Below, one piece after another: positions 27,901 to 40,380 of a DNA stretch of 64,000 nt. This DNA is from Felis catus (Eukaryota). Both the position numbers and the translations under genes were made by a program. Positions within the stretch are counted from its first letter, which is position 1; each line of letters begins with the position of its first letter. The stretch covers positions 32,366,001 through 32,430,000 of the forward strand of contig NC_058368.1 of the NCBI RefSeq assembly GCF_018350175.1, read 5' to 3'. The notes below the pieces were generated by a model that did not search any database, was not told where the DNA came from, and was given only the letters and a program-made list of their open reading frames with translations.

Positions 27901-28724
27901 TTTGTTTCCATATATTTTTTAATTTCTTCTCTAATTGCCTGGTTGGCCCATTCATTCTTTAGTAGGGTGTTCTTTAACCTCCATGCTTTTGGAGGTTTTC
28001 CAGACTTTTTTCTGTGGTTGATTTCAAGCTTCATAGCATTGTGGTCTGAAAGTATGCATGGTATAATTTCAATTCTTGTAAACTTATGAAGGGCTGTTTT
28101 GTGACCCAGTATGTGATCTATCTTGGAGAATGTTCCATGTGCACTCGAGTAGAAAGTATATTCTGTTGCTTTGGGATGCAGAGTTCTAAATATATCTGTC
28201 AAGTCCATCTGATCCAATGTGTCATTCAGGGCCCTTGTTTCTTTATTGACCGTGTGTCTAGATGATCTATCCATTTCTGTAAGTGGGGTGTTAAAGTCCC
28301 CTGCAATTACCACATTCTTCTCAATAAGGTTGCTTATGTTTATGAGTAATTGTTTTATATATTTGGGGGCTCCTGTATTGGGCATATAGACATTTATAAT
28401 TGTTAGCTCTTCTTGATGGATAGACCCTGTAACTATTATATAATGTCCTTCTTCATCTCTTGTTACAGCCTTTAATTTAAAGTCTAGTTTGTCTGATATA
28501 AGTATGGCTACTCCAGCTTTCTTTTGGCTTCCAGTAGCATGATAAATAGTTCTCCATCCCCTCACTCTCAATCTAAAGGTGTCCTCAGGTCTAAAATGAG
28601 TCTCTTGTAGACAGCAACTAGATGGGTCTTGTTTTTTTATCCATTCTCATACCCTATGTCTTTTGGTTGGCGCATTTAATCCATTTACATTCAGTGTTAT
28701 AGAAAGATACGGGTTTAGAGTCAT
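24931..28724 (-). pseudogene. L1 ORF2 (APE endonuclease, reverse transcriptase, C-terminal domain), disrupted
   Basis: ATG at 28724 (MTLNPYLSI.TLNVNGLNAP); motifs [22 protein letters not shown] and RT LFADDMI; C-terminal [11 protein letters not shown]. Broken by a TGA near 28648, a ~16-nt deletion near 27190, a frameshift near 26920, a TAG at 25973 and an 8-nt deletion near 25490. Confidence 0.97.
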
Positions 28725-28741
28725 TGTGATGTCTGTATGTT

Positions 28742-29668
28742 TTATGCTTGTAGTGATGTCTCTGGGACTTTGTCTCCCAGGGTCCCCCTTAGGATCTCTT
28801 GTAGGGCTGGTTTAGTGGTGACAAATTCCTTCAGTTTTTGTTTGTTTGGGAAGACCTTTATCTCTCCTTCTATTCTAAATGACAGACTTGCTGGATAAAG
28901 GATTCTCGGCTGCATATTTTTTTCTGTTCATCACATTAAAGATTTCCTGCCATTCGTTTCTGGCCTGCCAAGTTTCAGTAGAGAGATCAGTTACGAGTCT
29001 TATAGGTCTCCCTTTATATGTTAGAGCACGTTTATCTCTAGTGCTTTCAGAATTTTCTCTTTATCCTTGTATTTTGCCAGTTTGACTATGATATGTTGTG
29101 CAGAAGATTGATTCAAGTTACGTCTGAAGGGAGTTCTCTGTGCCTCTTGGATTTCAATGCCTTTATCCTTCCCCAGATCCGGGAAGTTCTCAGCTATTAT
29201 TTCTTCAAGTACACATTCAGCACCTTTCCCTCTCTCTTCCTCCTCTGGAATACCAATTATGCGTATATTATTTCTCTTTAGTGCATCACTTAATTCTCTA
29301 ATTTTCCCCTCATACTCCTGGATTTTTTTATCTCTCTTTTTCTCAGCTTCTTCTTTTTCCATAATTTTATCTTCTAGTTCACCTATTCTCTCCTCTGCCT
29401 CTTCAATCCGAGCCGTAGTTGTCTCCATTTTATTTTGCAGTTCATCGATAGCATTTTTTAGCTCCTCCTGGCTGTTCCTTAGTCCCTTGATCTCTGTAGC
29501 AAGAGATTCTCTGCTGTCCTTTATACTGTTTTCAAGCCCAGCGATTAATTTTATGACTATTATTCTAAATTCACTTTCTGTTATATTGTTTAAATCCTTT
29601 TTGATCATTTCGTTAGCTGTTGTTATTTCCTGGACGTTTTTCTGAGGGGAATTCTTCCGTTTCGTCAT
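28742..29668 (-). pseudogene. L1 ORF1 (coiled coil, RRM, CTD), frameshifted
   Basis: ATG at 29668 (MTKRKNSPQK...NNIRIIGIPE...HIIVKL). After a -1 frameshift near 29041 and a +1 near 28920 it continues as RDKRALTYKGRPIRL...QPRILYPA...KEFVTTKPALQEIL to TAA at 28742. Confidence 0.95.
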
Positions 29669-30596
29669 TTTGGATAGTCCCTGGAGTGGTGCGGGACTGC
29701 GGGGCACTTCCCCTGTGCTGTCTTGAATAACTTGCGATGGTTGGCGGGGCTGCAGTCAGACCTGATGTCTGCCCCTAGCCCACCGCTGGGGCCACAGTCA
29801 GACTGGTGTGTGCCTCCTCTTCCCCTCTCCTAGGGGCGGGATTCACTGTGGGGTGGCGTGGCCCATCTGGGCTACTTGCACACTGCCAGGCTTGTGGTGC
29901 TGGGGATCTGGTGTATTAGCTGGGGTGGATCGGCAAGGTGCACAGGGGCGGGAGGGGCAGGCTCAGATCACTTTTCCTTTGGAGATCCGCTTGTGGGGGG
30001 GGGGGTGCCCTGCAGCACCAGGAGGGAGTCAGACCCGCAGGAGGGATGGATCCGCAGAAGCACAGCTTTGGGTGTTTGCACGGTGCAAGCAAGTTCCCTG
30101 GCAGGAACCAGTCCCCTTTGGGATTTTGGCTGGGGGATGGGCGAGGGAGATGGTGCTGGCGAGTGCCTTTGTTTCCTGCCAAGCTGTGCTCTGTCGTCCG
30201 GGGCTCAACAACTCTCCCTCCAGTTGTCCTCCAGCCTTCTCGTTCTCTGAGCAGAGCTGTTAGCTTATGACCTCCCAGATGCTAAGTCCCACTTGCTGTC
30301 GGAACATACTCTGTCGGCCCCTCTGCTTTTGCAAGCCAGACTCGGGGGCTCTGCTTGGCCTGCGGGCCGCTCCTCTGCCCCGGCTCCCTCTAGCCAGTCC
30401 TTTAGCGTGCACCACCTCTCCGCCCTTTCTACCCTCTTCTGTGGGCCTCTCGTCTGCGCTTGGCTCCGGAGACTCCATTCTGCTAGTCTTCTGGTGGTTT
30501 TCTGGGTGTTTAGGCAGGTGTAGGTGGAATCTAAGTGATCAGCAGGACGGGCGGTTAGCCCAGCGTCCTCCTACGCCGCCATCTTCCCCTGAACCC
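29669..30596 (-). promoter_or_regulatory. L1 5' UTR internal promoter, CpG-rich, with a YY1 motif
   Basis: The most GC/CpG-rich segment of the window; AAGATGGCGG (YY1) on the minus strand at 30576-30585, about 12 nt from the element 5' end. Confidence 0.85.
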
Positions 30597-30611
30597 AACA
30601 TTCAACTTTTT

Positions 30612-30880
30612 AAGATGGTTTGAGTTTTTGATATTATATCTAAAAGTATCACCAAGGCAGGGTCACAAATATTTTCTCCTTTGTCTCCTTCAGGAGACTT
30701 GTAGTGTTACATTTTCCAATTTGGTCTATAGTCCCTATTGAATTAATTTTCTATATGGTATATGGTATCTATTGAGGTTCATTATTTTCTAAATGTTCCA
30801 GGACCTATTTTTTTTTTTTTTTTGGATAGTATCCTTTTTCCATTAAATTGCTTTGCACATTTATCTAACTCAGTTGACGA
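30612..30880 (-). mobile_element. Continuation of the old L1 ORF2 split by the young L1
   Basis: 'ttttgatattatatctaaaa...tattttctcct...gaattaattttctatatggt' is reverse L1 ORF2, collinear with 24500-24691. Confidence 0.7.
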
Positions 30881-31305
30881 AAGTACTTTTTAATACTAAC
30901 AATTGATTGGAAATACAACGGCAATGTAGAAGCTATTGTCTTGGCTGAAGAAATGTGGTTTTCTCAGAGAAAGTTTAATAATAATTGTAATACCCAGTGA
31001 CTTTCTGCTTAAAAATTCAACAATAAACTCAACTTAACAACACAGTTTCTAGTTTCTTGTCTATCTCATTTTCACAACTCCAAAGAAAATGCTAGCTTCA
31101 GTTTGAGTGTGCTTTTTTAGAGAAGTTTTTAACTGTGTCTTCTTGTGTCTTATGAATATATACATTTGTGCATTAAAACTTCATTTAAACTAATTTCAAT
31201 AATATTTCACATTATCATATTCAAGGGTTTGTGTTTAAGCCTCTCAATATCAACAATATATATATGCATTTATTCTTTAGTTCTTTTTTTTTCCATTTAA
31301 GATTG

Positions 31306-31762
31306 TGTGATGGGCAGACTCTAGGTTGATTCTTGTTCCCCAATAATTCCTGCTTAATTCCCATGATTTTGTGTCCATTCTATTGATTATGACTGGACCT
31401 GTGACTTCATTCTAACCAATTTTATATGGCAAAAATAACAGGAAGTCAATTGATTATGGTATGCTACAAGTCTAAAGTGATGGGAAACCATTCACTCCTG
31501 TGATTATGTTTTATAAGATTGTGTCTTAACACACTGGAAACAGAGACCTTCTCCTTGCCAGCTTGGAAAAGTAAACTACCTCTTGTGAGAGGGCTTATGG
31601 AGAGATCAAGTGGTAAGAAACTGTCGTGGCCTCTAAGAGCTGTTACTAAATCCCAGTCAACAGCCAGCAAGAAAATGGAAATTTCAGTTCTAATACCACA
31701 AGGAGATGACCTCTGCCAACAGTGACAGAGCTTGGAAGCAGATCTTTTCCCAAATGAGTTTC
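31306..31762 (+). mobile_element. MaLR LTR (MLT1E-like), 5' part
   Basis: 'tgtgatgggcagactcta...ggacctgtgactt...ctaaccaa...acagccagcaagaaaatgg...tgccaaca...gagcttggaagcagatctt'; resumes at 36302. Confidence 0.8.
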
Positions 31763-34700
31763 TTTTTTTTTTTCCTTTTTAGAATACTTAGAACTTCTAA
31801 AGATTTTTCTTTCTTATTTTTTTAAAAATTTAAATCTAAGTTAGTTAAAATATAGTATAATAATATTTTTAGGAATAGAATTTAGTGATTCATCACTTAC
31901 ATATAACACCCAGTGCTCATCACAACAAGTGCCCTGCTTAATTAATGCCCATTGCCCATTTAGCCCATCTCCTATCCAACACCCAGTCAGCAACCTTCAG
32001 TCTGTTCTCTGTATTTAAGAGTCTATTACGTTTTGTCTCCCTCTCTGGTTTTATCTTACTTTTGCTTCTCTTCCCCTATGTTCATCTGTTTTGTTTCTTA
32101 AATTCCACATATTACTGAAATCATATATTTGTCTTTCTCTGACTAATTTTGCTTAACATAATAAACTATAGTTTCATCCACGTTGCAAATGGCAAGATTT
32201 TGTTCTTTTTGATTGCTGAGTAATATTCCATTGTATACATATACCACATCTTTTTATCCATTCATCAGTCAATGGACATTTGGGTTCTTTCCATACGTTG
32301 GCTATTGTTGATAGTGCTGCTACAAACATCGGGATGCATGTGCCCCTTCAAATCAGCATTTTTGTATCCTTTGGATAAATTCTTAGTAGTGTAATTGCTG
32401 GGTCATAGGGTAGTTCTATTTTTAATTTTTTAAGGAACGTCCATACTGTTTTCCAGAGTGACTGTGCCAGTTTGCATTCCCACCAGCAATGCAAAAGAGT
32501 CCCCCTTTCTCCACATCTTCATCAACATCTTTTGTTGCCTGAATTGTTAATGTTAGCTATTCTGACTGGTGTGAGGTGGTATCTCATTGTGGTTTTGATT
32601 TGTATTTCCCTGTTGATGAGTCATGTTGAGCATCTTTACATGTGTCTGTTAGCCATCTGGATGTCTTCTTTACAGAAGTGTCTATTCATGTCTTTTGACT
32701 ATTTCTTCATTGGATTTTTTTGTTTTTTTTTTTTGGGGGGGGTGTTGAGTTTGATAAGTTCTTTATAGATTTTGGATGGTAACTGTTTATCTGATATGTT
32801 ATTTGCAAATACCTTCTCCCATGCTATTGGTTGCCTTTTAGTTTTTGCTAATTGTTTTCTTCCCTGTCCAGAAAGTTTTTTATCTTGATGAAGTCCTAAC
32901 AGTTCATTTTTGCTTTTGTTTTCCTTGCCTCTGGAGACATTTCAAGTAAGCAGTTGCTGCAGCTGAGGTCAAAGAGGTTGTTGCCTCTAGAATTTTGATG
33001 GCTTCCTGTCTTACATTTCGGTGTTTCATCCATTTTGAGTTTATTTTTGTGAATGGTGTAAGAAAGTGGTCCAAGTTCATTCTTCATGTTGCTGCCTAGC
33101 TATCCCAACACCATTTACTGAAGAGACCGTTTGCTGAATTCGCATTGGATATTCTTCCTGCTTTATGAAAGATTAGTTGGCCATATGTTTGTGGTTCCAT
33201 TTCTGGGTTCTCTATTGTGTTCCATTGATCTATTCTTGTGATATTGGTCTGTTCTTGAGCCAGTACTGTATCGTCTTGATGATTACAGTTTGTAATACAG
33301 CTTGAAGTTCAGAAGTGTGATTTCCCAAGGTTTGGTTTTCTTTTTCAACATTACTTTGGCTATTTAGGGTCTTTTCTGGTTCCATACAAATTTTAGGATT
33401 GTTTGTTATAGTTCTGTGAAGATGCTGGTGTTATTTTGATACAGATTACATTGAATGTGTAGATTGCTTTAGGTAGTATCAACATTTCAACAATATTTTT
33501 TCTTCCAGTACATGAGTATGGAATGTTTTTCCATTTGTGTGTGTGTGTGTGTCTTCTTCAATTTCTTTCAGAAGCTCATAGTTTTCAGTTTTCAGTTTCT
33601 ATAGATTTTTCACCTATTTGGTTAAGTTTATTCCTGGGTATTTTATGGGTTTGGGTAAAATTGTAAAATGGGATCGATTCCTTAATTTCTCTTTCTACTG
33701 CTTCATTATTGGTGTATAGAAATGTAATAGATTTCTGTACATTGATTTTATATCCTGAGACTTTGCTGAATTCATGGATCAGTTCTAGAAGTTTTTTGGT
33801 GAAGTCTTTGATTTTTCCCCATAAGGTATCATGTCATCTGTGAAGAATGAAATTTGACTTCCTTCTTGCCAATTTGGATGCCTTTTATTTTTTTGTGTTG
33901 TCTGATTATTGAGGCTACAACCTCCAACACTATGTTGAATAACAGTGGTGATACTGGACATCCCTGTCATGTTCCTGACCTTAAGGGGAAAGCTTTCAGT
34001 GTTTCCCCATTGAGGATGATATTTGCTATGGGCCTTTTGTATTGGTCTTTATGATCTTGAGGTATGTTCCTTCTACCCTACTTTCTTGAGGGTTTGTATC
34101 AAGAAAGGATGCTGTATTTAGTCAAATGCTTTTTCTGAATCTACTGGAGGATCATGTGGTCTTTATAGTGTCTTTTATTAATGTGATGTATCACATTGAT
34201 TTGTGGATATTGAACCAGCCCTGTATCCCAGGAATAAGTCCCACTTGATCATGATGAATAATTCTTTTAATGTATTGTTGGAACCAGGTTGGTAGTATTT
34301 GTTGAGAATTTTTGCCTCCATGTCCATCAGGGATATTGGTCTGTAGTTCTCCTTTTTAATGGGGTCTTTGTTTTGGAATCAAGATAATGCTGGCCTCGTA
34401 GAAGGAGTTTGGAAGTTTTCCTTCCATTTCTATTTTTTGGAATAGCTTCAAAAGAATAGGTGTTAACTCTTCTTTAAATGTTTGGCAGAATTCCCCTGGA
34501 AAGCCATCTGACCCTGGATTCTTGTTTGTTGGGAGATTTTGATTAATGATTCAATTTCTTTGGATTATGGGTCTGTTCAAATTTTCCATTTCTTCCTGTT
34601 TCAGTTTTGGTAGTTTATATGTCTCTAGGAATTTGTCCATTTTCTCTACATTGCCCAATTTGTTGGCATATAATTGCTCATAATATTCTGTTATCATTGT

Positions 34701-35448
34701 TTATATTTTTGCGGTATTGATTGTGATTTCTCTTCTTTTATTCATGATTATATTTATTTGGGTCCTTTCCTTTTTCTTTTTGATCTGTCTGGCTAGGGGT
34801 TTATCAATGTTGTTAATTCTTTCAAAGAACCAGCTTCTGGTTTCATTGACCTGTACTATTTTTTTTTATTTCAATATCATTGATTTCTGTTCTAATTTTT
34901 ATTATTTCCTTTTTTCTGCTGGTTTTAGGCTTTATTTGCTGTTTTTTTACAGCTCTTTTAGGTGTAAGGTTAAGTTGTGTATTTGAGACCTTTATTCCTT
35001 CCTAAGAAGGCCTGGATTGCTATATACTTCCCTCTTATCACCACTTTTGCTGCATCCCAGAGGTTTTGGACTGTCGTATTTTCATTTTCATTGACTTCCA
35101 TGTACTTTTTAATTTTCTCTTTAATCTTTGGTTAGCCCATTCATTCTTTAGTGGATGTTCTTTAATCCCCAAGTATTCATCATCTTTACAAATTGTTTCT
35201 TGTGGTTGATTTCAAGTATCAAGAAAGCTGGAGTAGCCATCCTTATGCAAGGCATGACCTTCATCTTTTTGTACTCGTTGAGGGTCAATTTGAGACCCAG
35301 TATGTGATGTACTCTGGAGAATGTTCCATGTGCACTTGAGATGAATGTGTATTCTGATGCTTTAGAATGAAATGTTCTGAATATGTCTGTTAAGTCCGTC
35401 TGGTCACTGTGTTATTCAAAACCATTATTTCCTTGTTTATTTTCTGTT
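31763..35448 (-). mobile_element. Older carnivore L1, non-inverted 3' arm (ORF2 from the endonuclease domain to the 3' UTR and polyA)
   Basis: Collinear with the young L1 at 24900-28260 but with many indels and stops; T tail at 31762-31825; ends at 'ccttgtttattttctgttta' (KQKINKE on the minus strand). Confidence 0.95.
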
Positions 35449-36301
35449 TACAGACAAGGGAAGGATTATGAAAGCAGCAAGGGAAAAAAGTCCTTACCCT
35501 ATAAAGGAAGACAGATTAGGTTCATAGCAGACCTATCCACAGAAACTTACTAGGCCAGAAAGGAATGGCAGGATATATTCAATGTGCTGAGTTTGGAAAA
35601 ATATGCAGCCAAGAATTCTTTATACAGCAAGGCTGTCATTCAAAATAGAAGGAGAGATAAAGCATTTCCCAGACAAAGAAAACTAAAGGTGACCACTAAA
35701 CCAGCCCTGCAAGAAATTTTAAGGGGGATTCTTTGGAGAAAAGACAAGACTAAACAAAAAAAAATGACCAAAAGCAACAAAGACTAGAAAGGACTGGAGA
35801 ACATCACCAGAAACACCAACTCTATGGCAACACAATGGCATTAAATTCATCTTTCAGTACCCACTCTAAATGTCAATGGGTTAAATGCTCCAATCAAAAG
35901 ACATAGGGTCACAAAATGGATAAGAAAACAGGATCCATCTATATCCTGATTACAAGAGACTCATTTTAGATGTAAAGACACCTGCAAATTGAAAGTAAGG
36001 GGATGGAGAACCCTCTGTCATGCTAATGGTCATCAATAGAATGCTGGAGTAGTCATCCTTATATCAGACAAACTAGATTTTAAAATAAAGACTGTAACAA
36101 GAGATAAGAAGGCCATTATATCATAATTAACGGGTCTGTCCACAAAGAAGACCTAATAACTGTAGATATTTATGCCCCCAATGTGAAGGAACCCAAATAT
36201 ATAAATCAATTACAAACATAAACTCATTAATAACATTACCATAGTACTAGGGGGCTTCAACACCCTGCTTACAACAATCAACAGATCATGTAAGCAGAAA
36301 A
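35449..36301 (+). mobile_element. Inverted 5' arm of the same L1 (ORF1 C-terminus, spacer, ORF2 N-terminus)
   Basis: The plus strand encodes decayed MKAARE, DLSTET and VTTKPALQEILRG, then TLNVNGLNAPIKRHRV...LQETHFR...GGFNTL...RSCKQK; followed by the TSD copy ccaaatgagcttt. Confidence 0.93.
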
Positions 36302-36495
36302 CCAAATGAGCTTTTGATGGAACCATGGTCCAGGTAATATTTTGACTGCATCCTTATAATTGACCCTGAAGTAGAGGACTCACCTAAACTAGTCCTGGAC
36401 CCCTGAACCCAGAAGTGTGAGACAAATAAATAAAATTGCCTTAAACTTGCAAGTTTATGGTAATTTGTTATACAGAAATAGAATACTTATATAGA
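36302..36495 (+). mobile_element. MaLR LTR (MLT1E-like), 3' part
   Basis: 'gaccctgaagtagaggactcacctaaac...agaagtgtgagacaaataaa...ttatggtaatttgttatacagaaatagaatacttata'. Confidence 0.8.
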
Positions 36496-37201
36496 CTGAT
36501 TCATAAAGTTTGTCAGGGTATATAATGCTCAAATATAGGGAATCTCACTCATACCACAGTCTAGTTTTATTTAATGCACAACCTGTACAATGGTATGCAG
36601 TTCTGTTTCCCGAGATATTAAATTTCCTTGGGAAAAATGTTCATATTTAGCTCCTCTGTGTATTCATACTAGTGTATTTATATACAATACAATTTAAATT
36701 TATTCACTGGGTTGAAATGAAATAAATTACAGTGAGAAAAAAATAAAACAGCAAACCCTTTGTAAACTTTTAACACATTTCATAGTTTTATTAACTCTTT
36801 GATGTTAATAGTTCCTTAGAGATCATCTGATCCATTTTCCATGTTTTTAGATAATGAGATAAAACACAGTGACTCTATTTGACTCCAAAACACAGTGATC
36901 CTATGACTTGTCAAAGGACACATTCTTAGTTAATGTTCGTGCTGGTCGATAATTCACGTATTTGACACTCAATCTTATGCTGTGCATAGTACAACATCTT
37001 GCCAATTTTTTGTCTTGTTGCTATGAAATTATTATATTCTAACAGTGTGAATGTGATATTTCATTTTTAAATAAAATGAAGTCAGAACAAATAGGTGTAT
37101 CTTGAACAAATTATAATGATTTTTCCCAAAATGGTTGACTCAGACCTGATGGATTTTATTGTGTAATGCAAAGTCTTAATGAGACTTTCTTGAATTTATA
37201 G

Positions 37202-37591
37202 GGGTTAGGAAACAGTTCATGAGTCCATGTGTTTTAGTACTTTTTGTGATCATAGATACTGAATATATTACTGTGGATTATCTTTTATGAGGAAGTTTTT
37301 ATAGCAAAGAGCTTGTAAAAGAGGTAGTGTCTCCCTCCAGAAAAAATGTGAGTCTGCATAGTGTTCAGTATACAAAGTTTGGGTTTGGGTTGCCTGAGTG
37401 GCTCAGTCAGTTAAGCAGCTGACTCTTGATTTCTGCTCAGGTCATGATCACACAGTTTGTTAGTTCAATCCCGGCATTGAGCTTTGCACAGACAGTGCAG
37501 AGCCTGCTTGGGATTCTCTCTCTCTTCCCATCTCTCTCTGCCCCTCCTCTATTTTCTTTCTTTCTCTCCTCTTCCTCTCTCTCTCTCTCCT

Positions 37592-37628
<37 letters not shown>

Positions 37629-37942
37629 ATAAATAAATAAACTTAAAACCAATTTATGAAAAAAAGTTTGGGTCCCCAACATCAGTACTTCTCAATGTAA
37701 TGTCACCTACTGAGTGTGGAGGGATCACCTAATCCTCTTCATGTGAAGGCATGGGAATGGAGGCTCCAAAAACTGGCACCAAAAATACTGACAATTGTAT
37801 CTCCTGTTATTTCTCTTAGTGATAATGTCTTTCTTCTCTGACCTAGGAGTTTCATCTTTTCTGTCATCATCAGTGAAATTGTGGTATGCTTATTTGTTAG
37901 ATTGCAAGTAGGGAAAATTCCAGATCCTTCACAGTTGCTGAT
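37202..37942 (+). mobile_element. ERVL solo LTR (LTR40-like), interrupted by a SINE
   Basis: 'tagtgtctccctccag', 'tctctgacctaggagt' and the end 'ttgcaagtagggaaaattccagatccttcacagtt' match recalled LTR40. Confidence 0.7.
37387..37660 (+). mobile_element. Can-SINE with an expanded (CT)n tract
   Basis: Head gggttgcctgagtggctcag; TSD aaagtttgggt on both sides. Confidence 0.94.
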
Positions 37943-40380
37943 GGTAAAATACTACATTTTTACAAATGGCACTTATCTTTTTCAATAAAATGATCAAAAT
38001 AATTAACAAAAACTAAATGAAACCATTGAACAATCAGGAGGAAATATTAATTCTATTATTTAGGGGCACTAGTCTTCATTCATCTAATATATACGTATAT
38101 ATTATATATATACAAATATAATGTGTATAAAATATGCATTATATAGAAAAATATATATAATGGTAATATATTAGTTTATCTTCTATTTCAATATTGTTAT
38201 TCACTCTATCTTTAAGAACCTTTGCTTACAAAATTTAAATTTTAGGTAAGTATATTTTAATCTTCTTTTTTTCCCCAAAGTAAACTTTCTTTAACATCAG
38301 GTGAATTTAAAAGAAAAAAACTTGTAAGAGAGAAAGAAAAGATGAAGAGTTTATTCTTTAAGTTACTTTCTTATTTACTTTTCAAAATTCTAACCACTGC
38401 AGTTTATGTTTACTCACGCATATATATTCCACAAAGTAAATTTCCTTGAAAAATCCATGTGCTAATCTCATTTTACTAAAGTCAAAAAAATATATAGTTT
38501 TATATTTCAATAAATGTTTCATGTTAACAAATAAAGTTTCAGAAATGTGAGTTTAGGTTAAAAATTTGGCAAATGATACATTTCTCTTTCTGATACTTCT
38601 GATACTAAAACATTCATTCCACTTTTGTACTGTGCAGTCACTTCAGGCAAATATTATTTGTTTTTTTCTCAGGATTTCCTCAAGAGATATAAGTCTTAAA
38701 CTATACTAAATTAACATTACTGCTGTTTTATGGAAGCCATGATTATTCATAGTATCTTCATTTGTCTACTTGTGGTTCTATCGGGAAAGAAATACTGTTC
38801 ATTTTAGAAAGACCTTCTGCCATGATTACAGAGTCCTGCTGTGAGGTTTAAAATGTGTGTAATTCTACAATATTTGTGAAAATAATCACACTGTTTACAT
38901 GCAGTGATGATGTTAATGAAACTAGGTCATCATCTTTAAACAAATGTTTAACCCTATTAGGGGAATACATATTCACTGTTGAAATAATTTGCTAATTGCT
39001 TTCCCTGATTCAGATACTAGTTGGCACTTGATCTTTTATTCATAATATACGTTGTTTTATTCAAACTTATTAATACTTTTTATTTTAAACAATATCTCAT
39101 CCTATTAAAATAACATTTAAGAACACACACTCTGGACATCCATGGTTAAATAGTAGAAATACTTTGATATATTTATGAATATAAACACACAAATAGGATT
39201 ATATTTACATGCTGTACTTTAGATCGTTCATTTTTATTTTATGCTGTGAGCAGTTTCCTAAATTTTTCTATAAAATAATTTCTAGGATTGTGTTGCCTTT
39301 TATCTTACGTAAGAACAGAAGTGTTTGGGATACTCAAAAATCCAAATTTTGGGGTCTTATAAACTTGGGACAACCTTTGGACTCCAGTGGCTATCTTTTG
39401 GGAATGTATTTTAACTGCCTTAAACTTGTTTTCCTTTCTGTAACATAAAAATAATTATAACTATATATATACATGATTATACTGATAAATGGCAAAAATG
39501 TATGATTGTTTATCTATCTATCTCACATTGGGCAATGCCTGTAAAATAAAAAGTATTCACTATATGCTAATTCTTCTTATACTATTAACTATCTTTTTAA
39601 TCATTTGCAATCATTGTATACAATGTTTAAAATTCCTCACAGCTTTAGATTATTCTTTGCTCATATATTATTTCAAATATTTCTAAACATGGAATGAATA
39701 AAACCATAGAAATAAAAATACTGATTCAAAGCATACTACTTAAGATGGCTGATTAATTATGGAATATTACCATCATTACCTATAATTATTAAAGTTGTAC
39801 TGACTACATGAGAGCTTCCTGCATCTAATAAATTTTGAGTATTAATATTTTAAACAAAATCCTTAGAAATGTGAGCAACACAGTGTTTCACTAAATGTGT
39901 ATTTCTTTGATTTCTAATAAGACTAAGTTTTTATGTACTTATTTTTCATGTGGATTTTAGTATTTATGTATGAGTTTTCTGGATCTACACATAACCCCTA
40001 TTTATATCATAATAAAAATAGTACTTTTTGTTATACAAGTTTCAAATAGCTTCCTCAAACTGTTATTTCTCATGTTCTAGTTTTCTTTTCTGGTATTTTT
40101 AAGGATGCACTATTTTTAAGTCATTTATTATCTTATTAACATAGCACACATATACCATTAGTAACTAATTACAAAAATAATACGAATTTTTAAAAATTGA
40201 TAGAAATATCCCCTTTGAGTAAATAATGCCAAAATGTAAATAATTATTATTTCAGAAATCCTCAGATATCTAATGTCTGTTCTGATAAACCCAAAGGAAT
40301 TTAGGAGGAAGACATGCTCCTCAAAATTACATATTTTCTTCCCACATGGTTTATAAAAATGTAAAAATCAATCTGAGGAA

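Larger units (their letters stand above)
24707..30596 (-). mobile_element. Full-length young felid LINE-1 (5.9 kb), inactivated
   Basis: GC-rich 5' UTR, ORF1, ORF2, short 3' UTR with AATAAA (24723-24728) and short A tail; perfect 15-bp TSD aacattcaacttttt at 24692-24706 and 30597-30611, at a TT/AAAA endonuclease site. Confidence 0.98.

Noticed and set aside
29808..30623. Antisense ORFs in the L1 5' UTR (possible ORF0 analogue)
   Set aside because: Several overlapping frames in GC-rich DNA, some with non-ATG starts. ORF0 is described in primates, and I see no supporting similarity.
36861..36910. Short duplication 'aaaacacagtga' within a probable MIR relic
   Set aside because: Only two imperfect copies; ordinary slippage.
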